IMG/VR virus record: IMGVR_UViG_3300044556_000176
Origin: a virus
Direction: 5' to 3' (one strand)
DNA: 46,067 nucleotides
Position numbers and translations under genes: made by a program. The notes under the pieces were generated by a model, which did not search any database, had not been told where the DNA came from, and saw nothing but the letters and a program-made list of their open reading frames with translations. The number at the start of each line of letters is the position of its first letter. Position 1 is the stretch's first letter. Shown in pieces: positions 16,224 to 23,857 of the stretch.

Positions 16224-16874
16224 CTATTCGAAGTCGAAATCATCATCATCGTCATCGTCTGCGACATCGGTCACAGGCAGAGGCTCCTCCTTGGGAGCTG
16301 GAGCGGGAGTCTCGTCGAACGGAGGCTGCTCCTCGTCCCCTTCCTTCACGTTCTTAGGAGCCTTATCAGCCTTCTTAGCCGACTTCTTAGGAGCAGGCTT
16401 AGAAGTGGGCTTCGGAGCATCAGGCACCTGAATCTTCGGCTTAGAGACGCCATTCGTAGGAGCAAAACCCTTGATGGCATTACGCATCTGGTCGGTAGTG
16501 CCGTCTCGATCGTTCGCGTACTCGTCAGGCTCGAGACCGACAGTCAGGATGAGCTCCTTGCCAAGCAGGTCATTCGGATTCAGCTGGAGACGACCCTTAG
16601 GTACGTCAATGCCGCATGCCTTGAGCACCTGAACAAGACGCCACTTGGCATTGTCGCTGAGGGAGGTGTTGTCCCACAGACGACGACCAGCAAACGGCTC
16701 ACCTTCACAAATCTGGAAGCACCACTTCAAATAAGGCTTACCAGAGTTCTTACCGACCTCACGAGAAATATCGAACACGGTAGCGCGATAACGACCAGAG
16801 TCAATCGGGTTGAAACCAGAACCCTCATCCTCGTTACCAGTGAACTCACCCAAATCAAGCAAATCGACAGCCAT
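16224..16874 (-). CDS. DUF669-like single-strand DNA-binding partner protein with an acidic tail
   Basis: Core SGRYRATVFDIS..GKPYLKWCFQICEGEPFAGRRLWDN is typical of DUF669. Pro/Lys-rich linker. C-terminal DDDDDDDFDFE resembles an SSB tail. Confidence 0.6.
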   Translation of the reverse strand: MAVDLLDLGEFTGNEDEGSGFNPIDSGRYRATVFDISREVGKNSGKPYLKWCFQICEGEPFAGRRLWDNTSLSDNAKWRLVQVLKACGIDVPKGRLQLNPNDLLGKELILTVGLEPDEYANDRDGTTDQMRNAIKGFAPTNGVSKPKIQVPDAPKPTSKPAPKKSAKKADKAPKNVKEGDEEQPPFDETPAPAPKEEPLPVTDVADDDDDDDFDFE

Positions 16875-16877
16875 TGT

Positions 16878-17570
16878 TTACTCCTCTCCGAAAATCATGT
16901 CGTAAACCTCAGGGAACGTAGGATTGTCGATGACAGTACCAAGCACGCCAGAACGGTCTTTGGCGTAGTAGGCTCCGACAGGCTGAACCAGCATACGACG
17001 CATAGGCTCAACTCCATCCTCGGTCTCGACATTGTCGACGTAAAGATAACCGACAATATCGACATACCCGCAGACGTCTGCTGCAAGCTTGGAACTCATC
17101 TTAGGCATGGTCTTAACGGCACCAGTGACCTCGTTCTTCTCATCCATGGCGAGTGCCGTGAGAATGACGTTCATGTCAAGGTCACGAGCCATGCGAATGA
17201 AGCGACGCATGCGCTCGGTGTTGTACCCCCAGTCTCCAACGGTGAGACCATCACCGTAGGGACGCTTCACCTCAGGATGGCTCTCTACGATATAGTCCAT
17301 GAGCTTCTTCTGGAGCTCAGTGACGGAATCGATTACGAGCGTATCTGCCTTGCCGCCACCCTTCTCGTGGAGGGTGCGGATGAAGTCCTCAATCTCGTCA
17401 AAGGTCTCAAACTTCTTCTTAACGACCTTCTTAGACTTGATGCGCGACTGAACGGAAAGGGAACCTCCCTCAACGTCCACGAAAATAGTCTTGTCGCCAG
17501 AGCAGCTGAACACGGTCTTACCGACGCCAGGGTCACCGTAAACTAGCATCTTAATGGTGTCCTTAGCCAT
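16878..17570 (-). CDS. Sak4-like RecA-fold AAA ATPase (recombination mediator)
   Basis: Walker A MLVYGDPGVGKT and Walker B LVIDSVTE. Its position between the Cas4-like nuclease and the DUF669 protein is the usual Sak4 context. Confidence 0.7.
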   Translation of the reverse strand: MAKDTIKMLVYGDPGVGKTVFSCSGDKTIFVDVEGGSLSVQSRIKSKKVVKKKFETFDEIEDFIRTLHEKGGGKADTLVIDSVTELQKKLMDYIVESHPEVKRPYGDGLTVGDWGYNTERMRRFIRMARDLDMNVILTALAMDEKNEVTGAVKTMPKMSSKLAADVCGYVDIVGYLYVDNVETEDGVEPMRRMLVQPVGAYYAKDRSGVLGTVIDNPTFPEVYDMIFGEE

Positions 17571-18495
17571 TCTTAATCACCTTCTCAATCTTGTTGTCAG
17601 GGTTCTTGTTGGACTCCGACTCCTGCTTCACGTGGAAGCCTTCAACGCCTGCGAGCTCGTGGAGGTCAGCCTCGTTCATGCGACCCTCCATCTCAGCAAT
17701 GCAAATCGGACGGTACTCGCAGTCCCAAGAGCAATCTCGAGTGGGATTGCAATAGAAGCCATAACGATCTGCATGCTTCATCGCCATGTACTGATTGTAC
17801 AACTGACGACCACACTCTTCGACCTCGCGATCGTTACGATAGACAGCCTCACGATAGTGATAGGGAGCCTTGGTGCGAGCGGAATACGGATCGCACTTCC
17901 TGAGGATATTGTAGTACACACCACACACGTCATAGCCCATCTGACGGAGAGCCCAGATATACTGGGTCACCTGGGTATCGGTGATGAGGTGCTTGGTGTC
18001 GAGCGTCTTTGCAGTCTTGTGCTCAAGAATGTACAGACGACCCTCACGTTCGACGATTGCGTCGACGTATCCGATGAACGTGCACCAGCTGAACTTTCCA
18101 TTGGGATTCGGGACACGAACCTCGACCTTCAGCTCGCTAGCGACTGGGGTGAAATCGTCGTTTGGAGCGACCTCTTCGAAGTAGTACTTGAGCATCTGAC
18201 GACCCATGAACGAATCCTTGTCAAAACGTTCAGAATCGCCACCTGCAGAGAGAACCTCCGTAGCCGCCTCAGCAACCTTGTTGTCGTACATGGCCATAGC
18301 CATAGAAGCACGAACGTTAACGTCCTTGTCGTTGTTCTCGAGAGAGTAGAACTCTGCGAGGGACTCGTGGACAAGCGAGCCTAGCATCAGTGCGGGAGCC
18401 TTGTCGTTCGCGGTCAGCTGGTCGACGTAACGATACTCGTACTTACGAGGGCAACGCCTGAAGCAAGCGAGACGACTGTTGCTTACGGTAATCAC
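17563..18495 (-). CDS. PD-(D/E)XK Cas4/RecB-like exonuclease with an Fe-S Cys cluster
   Basis: YVDAIV..LYILEHKT (D..ExK), QVTQYIWAL (QxxxY), an N-terminal Cys (CFRRC), and C-terminal CNPTRDCSWDCEYRPIC. GTG start with an AAGGAGGT RBS. Confidence 0.75.
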   Translation of the reverse strand: MITVSNSRLACFRRCPRKYEYRYVDQLTANDKAPALMLGSLVHESLAEFYSLENNDKDVNVRASMAMAMYDNKVAEAATEVLSAGGDSERFDKDSFMGRQMLKYYFEEVAPNDDFTPVASELKVEVRVPNPNGKFSWCTFIGYVDAIVEREGRLYILEHKTAKTLDTKHLITDTQVTQYIWALRQMGYDVCGVYYNILRKCDPYSARTKAPYHYREAVYRNDREVEECGRQLYNQYMAMKHADRYGFYCNPTRDCSWDCEYRPICIAEMEGRMNEADLHELAGVEGFHVKQESESNKNPDNKIEKVIKNG

Positions 18496-18659
18496 TGATT
18501 TTACCTCCTTCTTCTCAAATTAAGGTGAGCAATACAATTGGGTTATATAACCCTTCAATTAGATATTAAGTTTTATTCATGATCACCTCTCCCTGTCTGT
18601 CGTCATTGTTCCAATATTATCCTCCATTTTCAGAGGAAAATATGTAGAAATTTAAAAAT
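18496..18659 (-). promoter_or_regulatory. AT-rich 164-bp intergenic region with a degenerate early module and a 14-bp palindrome
   Basis: Minus-strand ACATATTTTC..GGAGGATAATA (18615-18625), then a GACGACAGACAGGGAGAGG leader, then a 4-codon mini-ORF ATGAATAAAACTTAA (18566-18580). Perfect palindrome GGGTTATATAACCC at 18540-18553. Confidence 0.45.
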
Positions 18660-20036
18660 TTATTTATTCGTAGCAAGAACTGCGCTTTTGATGTTCGAGA
18701 TGACGGTATCCACGGTCACTTCTTTGTCGTTGATGTAGGCTTCAATGGTCTCGTCAACGGTGTCTGCAGTGATGAGCTTATAGATGTCTGCGCCATGGAT
18801 GTCGTTCATACGAGCGTAGATTCTGTCCTCAGCCTGAGCATTGTCGTCAGGTGTCCATGCTCGGTCTGTGAAAATCATCTTGCTAGCAGCAGTAAGCGTC
18901 AATCCCGTTCCAGCTGCACCGATGGTGGCAATGAACACCTTCACCTTTGGATTGTGCTGGAACAGCTTCACAGCCAATTCACGTTGCTGCTTCGGAGTCT
19001 CGCCTGTGTATGTGACACATCCGTATTTGCGTAGTGTGCGCTCAACGGATGCCACCACTCTAGCCCAGTTGCTGAAAATGACGACCTTCTCGTCTTGCTC
19101 AACGCATATCTCCTGGACCATAGCTTCGAGTGTCTGGATCTTTCCGCTTGGTATAACCGTAGAGAATGCAGTCTCTGTCAAGCAATTGGCATCCGTGGCA
19201 ATCTGCCTGAGGCGCATAAGCCTACTGACTTCAGCAGGAGCGGTAACGAACACATTGTTCTCAACCTCAGCCACATATTCATTGAGCATCTGGGTGTAGA
19301 TTTTAGACTGCTTGTCGCTCATGCCGCACTTTATGGTATGAACGCGCTTGGGAGGTAAATCGTGGATCACGTCGCATTTCCGTCTGCGGATCATATATTG
19401 GCTGAGCTCACGAGACAGCAGATCAAGGTTCTGGTAGCCAGACGCCTTCTTGCCAAAGTACGTTTGCTCATAGATGACGTACGTAGGTATCCAACGCCAG
19501 AACGAGCTGTACTTCTTCTTGTCTATGAAGTGTAGCAATGCCCACACGTCTGCAGGATTCTCTCGCATGGGAGTGCCAGTCAACAGATACAGCTCACGAC
19601 TGCGATATGACAGCTTGTTGACTATGCCGTAGTTCGTGGCATTGCCAGCCTTGGTGCGAGCCTTGTGAGACTTGCACCTGTGCGCTTCGTCAACGATCAG
19701 GACGTCCCATTTGCGGTCGCACAGAACCTTGGCATTGCGCTCAAGCCGAGCCGCCTCGTAGTGGATGATGGTCCAACGGGACGTTCCAATCACTTGTTTT
19801 CCATCGTAGACTTCGATGTCCTGACCTTGCCCTAGCAGGTCGCATATTTCAGCTCTCCAGTTGTTCTGAAGCCCATTCAGGGTGATTATCAAGATGTGTT
19901 GGTTGGTCTTCTGGGCTGCAGCGGCTATTGCCTGTATGGTTTTCCCCAGACCCATGTCGTCTGCGAGGATGCCTCGCTTGAGTTTACGGAGACCTTTGGC
20001 TCCTGCTTTCTGATATGGAAGGAGTGTCTTCCCCAT
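18660..20036 (-). CDS. SNF2-family helicase/translocase
   Basis: Motif I LADDMGLGKT, motif II LIVDEAHRCK, and motif VI QAEDRIYARMN. Confidence 0.85.
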   Translation of the reverse strand: MGKTLLPYQKAGAKGLRKLKRGILADDMGLGKTIQAIAAAAQKTNQHILIITLNGLQNNWRAEICDLLGQGQDIEVYDGKQVIGTSRWTIIHYEAARLERNAKVLCDRKWDVLIVDEAHRCKSHKARTKAGNATNYGIVNKLSYRSRELYLLTGTPMRENPADVWALLHFIDKKKYSSFWRWIPTYVIYEQTYFGKKASGYQNLDLLSRELSQYMIRRRKCDVIHDLPPKRVHTIKCGMSDKQSKIYTQMLNEYVAEVENNVFVTAPAEVSRLMRLRQIATDANCLTETAFSTVIPSGKIQTLEAMVQEICVEQDEKVVIFSNWARVVASVERTLRKYGCVTYTGETPKQQRELAVKLFQHNPKVKVFIATIGAAGTGLTLTAASKMIFTDRAWTPDDNAQAEDRIYARMNDIHGADIYKLITADTVDETIEAYINDKEVTVDTVISNIKSAVLATNK

Positions 20037-20037
20037 G

Positions 20038-20454
20038 CTAGACCTCCTTTACCCAAACAGCGTACATCGTGGTTCCACCTGCGAAGAAGTCATTAATATC
20101 TTCAGAGAACTCAATGGTGTCGACTGCATCGATGTGGACCTTATTCGATACGACTGTGGCTTCGATCGATGAGCCACGCTCGGCATCAATACCACACCAG
20201 ATAGACACCTTTGTTCCGATGGGGAACTTGTCTGTAGCACACGTGCTTTTTTCGGTCAGAGATGTGTGGTAGAATCCGTTCATTTCTGAGTACCCGTCTG
20301 GTGCAGCTGGTGTATCGTAAACGATTTCGGCTCTGTTGATCAGTCGAGTTTTGTATGCGTCTGACTGCTGATGCGGGAACATTTGATTCCAGACCCACAT
20401 TACGAGGATCGTTGCTACGATTGCCAGGCAGATTTTCTTGAGAATGTCTTTCAT
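20038..20454 (-). CDS. N-terminally membrane-anchored protein, possibly with a 3D/DPBB-like fold (138 aa)
   Basis: TM segment ICLAIVATILVMWVW. The C-terminal string ATDKFPIGTKVSIW..IDAVDTIEF resembles 3D/RlpA-type domains, but the match is weak. AGGAG RBS. Confidence 0.5.
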   Translation of the reverse strand: MKDILKKICLAIVATILVMWVWNQMFPHQQSDAYKTRLINRAEIVYDTPAAPDGYSEMNGFYHTSLTEKSTCATDKFPIGTKVSIWCGIDAERGSSIEATVVSNKVHIDAVDTIEFSEDINDFFAGGTTMYAVWVKEV

Positions 20455-20480
20455 GGTATGCTCCTACTGGGCAGCTTTTT

Positions 20481-20675
20481 CTAGCGATACACATTCTGGA
20501 CATGCAGTCCAGCACTATCGCTTTCTGGTTCATAGTATTTACACTTTGGGCAACGGACAGAGATTATACAGCACTGCAGCCTACCATTCACTTGCTGCAG
20601 TCCGAACTCTCGCATATAGGCGCGACACACTTCACCATGGATACAAGGCGGGATTTTCTCTCTATCATTAGACAC
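20481..20675 (-). CDS. Small Cys-rich protein (64 aa)
   Basis: GTG start with a GAGGAAA RBS. Six Cys residues, including CIHGEVC and CPKC. Orientation matches the operon. Plus-strand ORFs of similar size overlap it. Confidence 0.45.
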   Translation of the reverse strand: MSNDREKIPPCIHGEVCRAYMREFGLQQVNGRLQCCIISVRCPKCKYYEPESDSAGLHVQNVYR

Positions 20676-20704
20676 ATTCGTTTCCTCTCTACAGGCTATC
20701 GCAA

Positions 20705-20735
20705 CTGACCCAGTACTGAGGAAGTACTGGGTCAG
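20705..20735 (-). terminator. Stem-loop terminator after the monocistronic ORFan
   Basis: 12-13 bp perfect stem CTGACCCAGTAC(T) (20705-20717) pairing with (A)GTACTGGGTCAG (20723-20735). It lies 10 nt downstream of the stop at 20745. The U-tract is weak. Confidence 0.6.
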
Positions 20736-20744
20736 TAAAATGGG

Positions 20745-21341
20745 CTAGTTCAGTTCGAGCTTGAAGTCTGCAGTCTTCGAGACACGATTCTTGAACTCGA
20801 CAACGTAGGTGACCTTGCCAGTGTACTTGTTGTTCTTGCGGACGACGCGCTTGATGTCATCAGCCTTGGTACGCTTGTAGCCACGGTGAGCACGAACCTT
20901 CTCGACGATCTTTTCGGGAGCAATGGCGCTCTTGGTGTTGCCGTCTTTGTGGTTGGCGTAACGAGCACGACGGAGCTCACGAGCCTCTTCAAAGGCCTCA
21001 GCATCATCGGTGTAGACGTAGCCGTTGCGGTTCTCCATGCGATACCAAACGTGGGACTCGACAACCTCGCCGTCCTGATTCCAGAGGGAGCTGAAGCTGT
21101 TGTCGGCAAAGTCCTGCTCATACTTACGGACCTCAAGAACCTCGATGCTGTTGAAGTTCTTGCTCTCGTGGAAGACGCGAATACGGTAGGTGATGCCGTC
21201 CTTGGTGAGGTCTGCCTTGAAATCGTCACCCTGAGAACCAGCCATGGTGCCGAAGTTGAAGATGAAACCGTTTGCGATGAGCTCGTTGACCTTGGCAGTG
21301 GCGATAGCGGCGATGTCGTTCATGTTCTTGACGTTCTTCAT
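20745..21341 (-). CDS. Hypothetical protein (198 aa from MKNVKN) with a basic C-terminal half
   Basis: The ATG at 21339-21341 has a GGGAG RBS inside leader C. The track start (TTG at 21395) would lie inside the promoter module. No family recognised. Confidence 0.65.
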   Translation of the reverse strand: MKNVKNMNDIAAIATAKVNELIANGFIFNFGTMAGSQGDDFKADLTKDGITYRIRVFHESKNFNSIEVLEVRKYEQDFADNSFSSLWNQDGEVVESHVWYRMENRNGYVYTDDAEAFEEARELRRARYANHKDGNTKSAIAPEKIVEKVRAHRGYKRTKADDIKRVVRKNNKYTGKVTYVVEFKNRVSKTADFKLELN

Positions 21342-21445
21342 TGTTGACTCCCTGTCGTAGTTGTTGAACTTCTTGACAACGTTATTATCCCTCAAGATTG
21401 TTCAACTTCTATCGGGAATCTGAAAAATATTGAAAATATTTTTAC
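21342..21445 (-). promoter_or_regulatory. Conserved early promoter/leader module, copy C
   Basis: The minus strand reads AAAATATTTTCAATATTTTTCA, then GATTCCCGAT (21411-21420), GTTGAAC (21400-21406) and GAGGGATAATA (21383-21393). Stem GTTGT (21376-21380) pairs with ACAAC (21360-21364). GGGAG RBS, then ATG. Confidence 0.65.
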
Positions 21446-22194
21446 ACGAGGTCGTCCCAGCCATCGAAATCGATATCTCGTCTGTTCATCTCCTGGAGGA
21501 TATTTGGATTAATGTCTATACCTCCAGACTTCTTTTTATGGGATACGCCTTCGATATCAAACGCTTCAGAGATTTTCGATATCTCGCTTTTCACGTACGA
21601 TTCGAATCCAAAGTCATCGCTGAGTTGATGCTCTGCAAGGAATGGCTCGTATGATCCAGACGCAGACAAATCGTCTCTTATACGCTTTGTCCAAGTCGAC
21701 AGGGCTTCTGTTGGTCGGTAGCTACCGACATCTTGAATGAATTGAACAGCATACCTTCGGATTTCATCATCGACTTCCAGCCACGACATTGCGAATGCCT
21801 TGAGTGTCGTGTTGTCCGCATCGACAAACTTCCATATGCCACAGCCACGACTCTTAATCAGGCGACCTTCACTGACGAGTTTATTAATTATTTGAAGTGC
21901 CGTCTGCGGAGTAACATTCGTGAATTTCACGATTCCTGTGACAGACACTGTATCGGGATAAGCAGAGAGATACCCTTCAAGCATAGGATGCTCTGCCTTC
22001 AAATCTTCGAAGGTATCTCCAGACAATTCATCAATGTCTGCGTTCTTCCATCCAATTCGAGCGCAATCAATCATAAACTTGTTGACAGATACACAGTTCT
22101 TTTTAGCTGCTGCAGCTATCTTCTTCCAGACGCTACCGTTTGCTTTGATGGTGATGCCGTACCTTCCATCGTCCTTCATCTCGTGAATTTCCAT
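21442..22194 (-). CDS. First gene of the leftward early operon: putative DNA-binding protein (RHH-like N-terminus plus a winged-helix segment), 250 aa
   Basis: ITIKANGSVWKKIAAAAKKNCVSVNKFMIDCA looks like a ribbon-helix-helix. VTPQTALQIINKLVSEGRLIKSR looks like a wHTH recognition helix. Acidic-aromatic C-terminus DIDFDGWDDLV. Confidence 0.6.
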   Translation of the reverse strand: MEIHEMKDDGRYGITIKANGSVWKKIAAAAKKNCVSVNKFMIDCARIGWKNADIDELSGDTFEDLKAEHPMLEGYLSAYPDTVSVTGIVKFTNVTPQTALQIINKLVSEGRLIKSRGCGIWKFVDADNTTLKAFAMSWLEVDDEIRRYAVQFIQDVGSYRPTEALSTWTKRIRDDLSASGSYEPFLAEHQLSDDFGFESYVKSEISKISEAFDIEGVSHKKKSGGIDINPNILQEMNRRDIDFDGWDDLV

Positions 22195-22276
22195 GTCATC
22201 CCTTTCTGTTGGAATTGTACAACATTTATATTATCGCTCTGTTTTTGTGTAATCTCATCGAGAATCACGTATTTTC
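22195..22276 (-). promoter_or_regulatory. Conserved early promoter/leader module, copy E
   Basis: The minus strand reads GAAAATACGTGATTCTCGAT (box at 22257-22266) and GAGCGATAATA (22229-22239). Stem TGTTG pairs with CAACA (22220-22224 / 22207-22211). AAAGGGA RBS, then ATG at 22194. Confidence 0.6.
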
Positions 22277-22459
22277 TTCTAATGGGAGAGTTCCCCCTCC
22301 CCCTAGGTAGACATCAATCAATTTTTCAAAAGGTGAAAACCTATTTAGATCTTCCAATCGCCCACGTGTTTTTCTATAATGAATCATACCTAAGAGAACA
22401 CTAGACTCGAAGGTGGGGAGGGGGAGGGACGTCTATCCTTAGGGGAAAATACGTGATTC
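22262..22459. repeat. Long imperfect inverted repeat spanning the late/early junction
   Basis: Outer arms GAATCACGTATTTTC (22262-22276) and GAAAATACGTGATTC (22445-22459) match 15/15. Inner arms CCCCCTCCCC (22293-22302) and GGGGAGGGGG (22415-22424) match 10/10. The spacer contains a plus-strand TTCCAA-17 nt-TATAAT (22352-22357 / 22375-22380). Confidence 0.8.
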
Positions 22460-22466
22460 CGAATAG

Positions 22467-22505
22467 AAAAAGAAAACCCCTCAGGCACGGCAAACACCCG
22501 AGGGG
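22467..22505 (-). terminator. Rho-independent terminator of the late (lysis) operon
   Basis: The minus strand reads CCCCTCGGGTGTTTGCCGTGCCTGAGGGG (22477-22505), followed by TTTTCTTTTT (22467-22476). It lies 29 nt after the endolysin stop. The palindrome CCGCATATGCGG at 22513-22524 lies in between. Confidence 0.8.
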
Positions 22506-22533
22506 TACACAACCGCATATGCGGGATGTGTCG

Positions 22534-23544
22534 TTATGCTTCAGGCTTTTTGCGGACTTTGAGCTGCCCAGACTCTGCAGCGTAAAGCTCCAGGTCTCCC
22601 GTGACCATCTTTCCGTCCTTGTCAATGACGTAATTTTCGCCATTGACATTAATCGTAGAGTCTCTTACCATTGCGCCTGAATCGTTGAGGTAGTACCAAG
22701 ACCCTTCGTACATAAGCCATCCAGTGGCCATTGCGCCTGAATCGTTGAGGTAATAACGATTGCCATCGACATCGATCCACCCTGTTGCCATAGCACCAGA
22801 GTCGTCTAGGTAATACCACTTACCGTCAACACTAACCCAACCAGTCAACATGGCACCTGAATCTGCAAGGTAATACCACTTGTCATCATCTAGAATCCAG
22901 CCAGTTTGCATCCAGCCTTCAGAATCGAAGTGATACCATACGCCATCAATCAACTCCCAGTCATTGGTGGTATAAGACCCGTCGGAATGACGATACCACC
23001 ATCGACCATCTCGATTGATCCACCCTGCTCCTTCAGTCTGCGCTCCAGTCATCACATCATACCAGTACTGAGCTCGCTCCATGTATCTGTTGTGATACGA
23101 CGTCCCCTCCTTGAGAGGTCCAGGACAACTGGTAGAGGAGAAGTGGCAATGCGGGAATACGTTCCGCATCCACTCTGGACGACCAAGACCGTAGTACTTG
23201 CAGATTGCAGCGCACAGATGCGCACCATTCTCGATACAAGCATCTGTCATGGAATTTCCCTGATTGGCATGCTCAATGCCAATGGACTTCTGATTCGCAG
23301 CCCAGTTTCCTGCGTGCCATGCTGTGTCGCCATCCCAGACGAGCTGACCTATGCGTCCAGACGATTCGACTTGGTAATGAGCAGAAGCCTCGCGAGTCTG
23401 CCACACGCTATAGCAGCCCTCTACGGTGAGGTCTCCATCATTGTAATGAACAACGACAAACTGGATGTCATTACCACCACGACCCTTGGTGAAGTGTTTC
23501 GTGAGGATCTTGTTCACGTCCGCATTGAGATTCCCAAAATCCAT
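22534..23544 (-). CDS. Endolysin: N-acetylmuramoyl-L-alanine amidase (Amidase_2/PGRP fold) plus about 7 cell-wall-binding (CW_binding_1-like) repeats
   Basis: VVHY, SAHYQV, AWHAGNWAANQKSIGIEH and HCHFSSTSCPG. The C-terminal repeats GWxxxDGxWYYLxDSGAMxT (about 22569-23028) are visible as near-identical ~60-nt units. Confidence 0.9.
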   Translation of the reverse strand: MDFGNLNADVNKILTKHFTKGRGGNDIQFVVVHYNDGDLTVEGCYSVWQTREASAHYQVESSGRIGQLVWDGDTAWHAGNWAANQKSIGIEHANQGNSMTDACIENGAHLCAAICKYYGLGRPEWMRNVFPHCHFSSTSCPGPLKEGTSYHNRYMERAQYWYDVMTGAQTEGAGWINRDGRWWYRHSDGSYTTNDWELIDGVWYHFDSEGWMQTGWILDDDKWYYLADSGAMLTGWVSVDGKWYYLDDSGAMATGWIDVDGNRYYLNDSGAMATGWLMYEGSWYYLNDSGAMVRDSTINVNGENYVIDKDGKMVTGDLELYAAESGQLKVRKKPEA

Positions 23545-23849
23545 TACTCGTTCACCTCACCAGGACGCTTAACGTTCCCCTTGAGATAATCTCGTGCGAG
23601 AGCAGACTCACTATCAGACGTACCACTGGTGGTCGGGTCAGTAATGCAAGCCCACAGGCTTGCGATCATAGAGACCACCACAACGGGATTCTGGAGCCCA
23701 GAGACGATAGTCTCTCCGAGCTTGACCCAACTGGTCATATCCTCCCACTGGGCACCAACACCCACGATAAGTGGGAGCACGATAGCACACAATACTTGTG
23801 CCCAGAAGACGGGATTCTTCAATCGCACTCCCCAGTTGATGTTCAACAT
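23544..23849 (-). CDS. Holin, phiLC3/LL-H-like family (101 aa)
   Basis: MLNINWGVRLKNPVFWAQV start, two TM segments, and the DPTTSGTSDSESAL motif. The ATG at 23847-23849 has an AGGAGGAAAA RBS. The track start at 23897 overlaps the upstream gene. Confidence 0.8.
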   Translation of the reverse strand: MLNINWGVRLKNPVFWAQVLCAIVLPLIVGVGAQWEDMTSWVKLGETIVSGLQNPVVVVSMIASLWACITDPTTSGTSDSESALARDYLKGNVKRPGEVNE

Positions 23850-23857
23850 TTTTCCTC

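Noticed and set aside
22265-22387. A 40-aa minus-strand ORF (MIHYRKTRGRLEDLNRFSPFEKLIDVYLGGGGTLPLEENT) inside the inverted-repeat spacer
   Set aside because: There is no convincing RBS; only AGG lies directly adjacent to the ATG. The GGGG stretch is simply the translated C-tract arm, and the ORF lies upstream of promoter E. I kept it only as a remote possibility.
22412-22428. The G-rich tract GGTGGGGAGGGGGAGGG as a G-quadruplex
   Set aside because: Only three runs have 3 or more G, plus one GG. Its complement partner at 22293-22303 makes duplex or hairpin pairing a simpler explanation.
22401-22680. ORFs 22401-22649 (-) and 22453-22680 (+) across the endolysin 3' end
   Set aside because: Both run through the late terminator hairpin and the G/C tracts, and both overlap the endolysin coding frame. 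Neither has an RBS.
22569-23028. Near-identical ~60-nt tandem units that look superficially like a repeat array
   Set aside because: They are in frame within the endolysin gene and encode the 20-aa cell-wall-binding repeats. There are no unique spacers, so this is not a CRISPR array.
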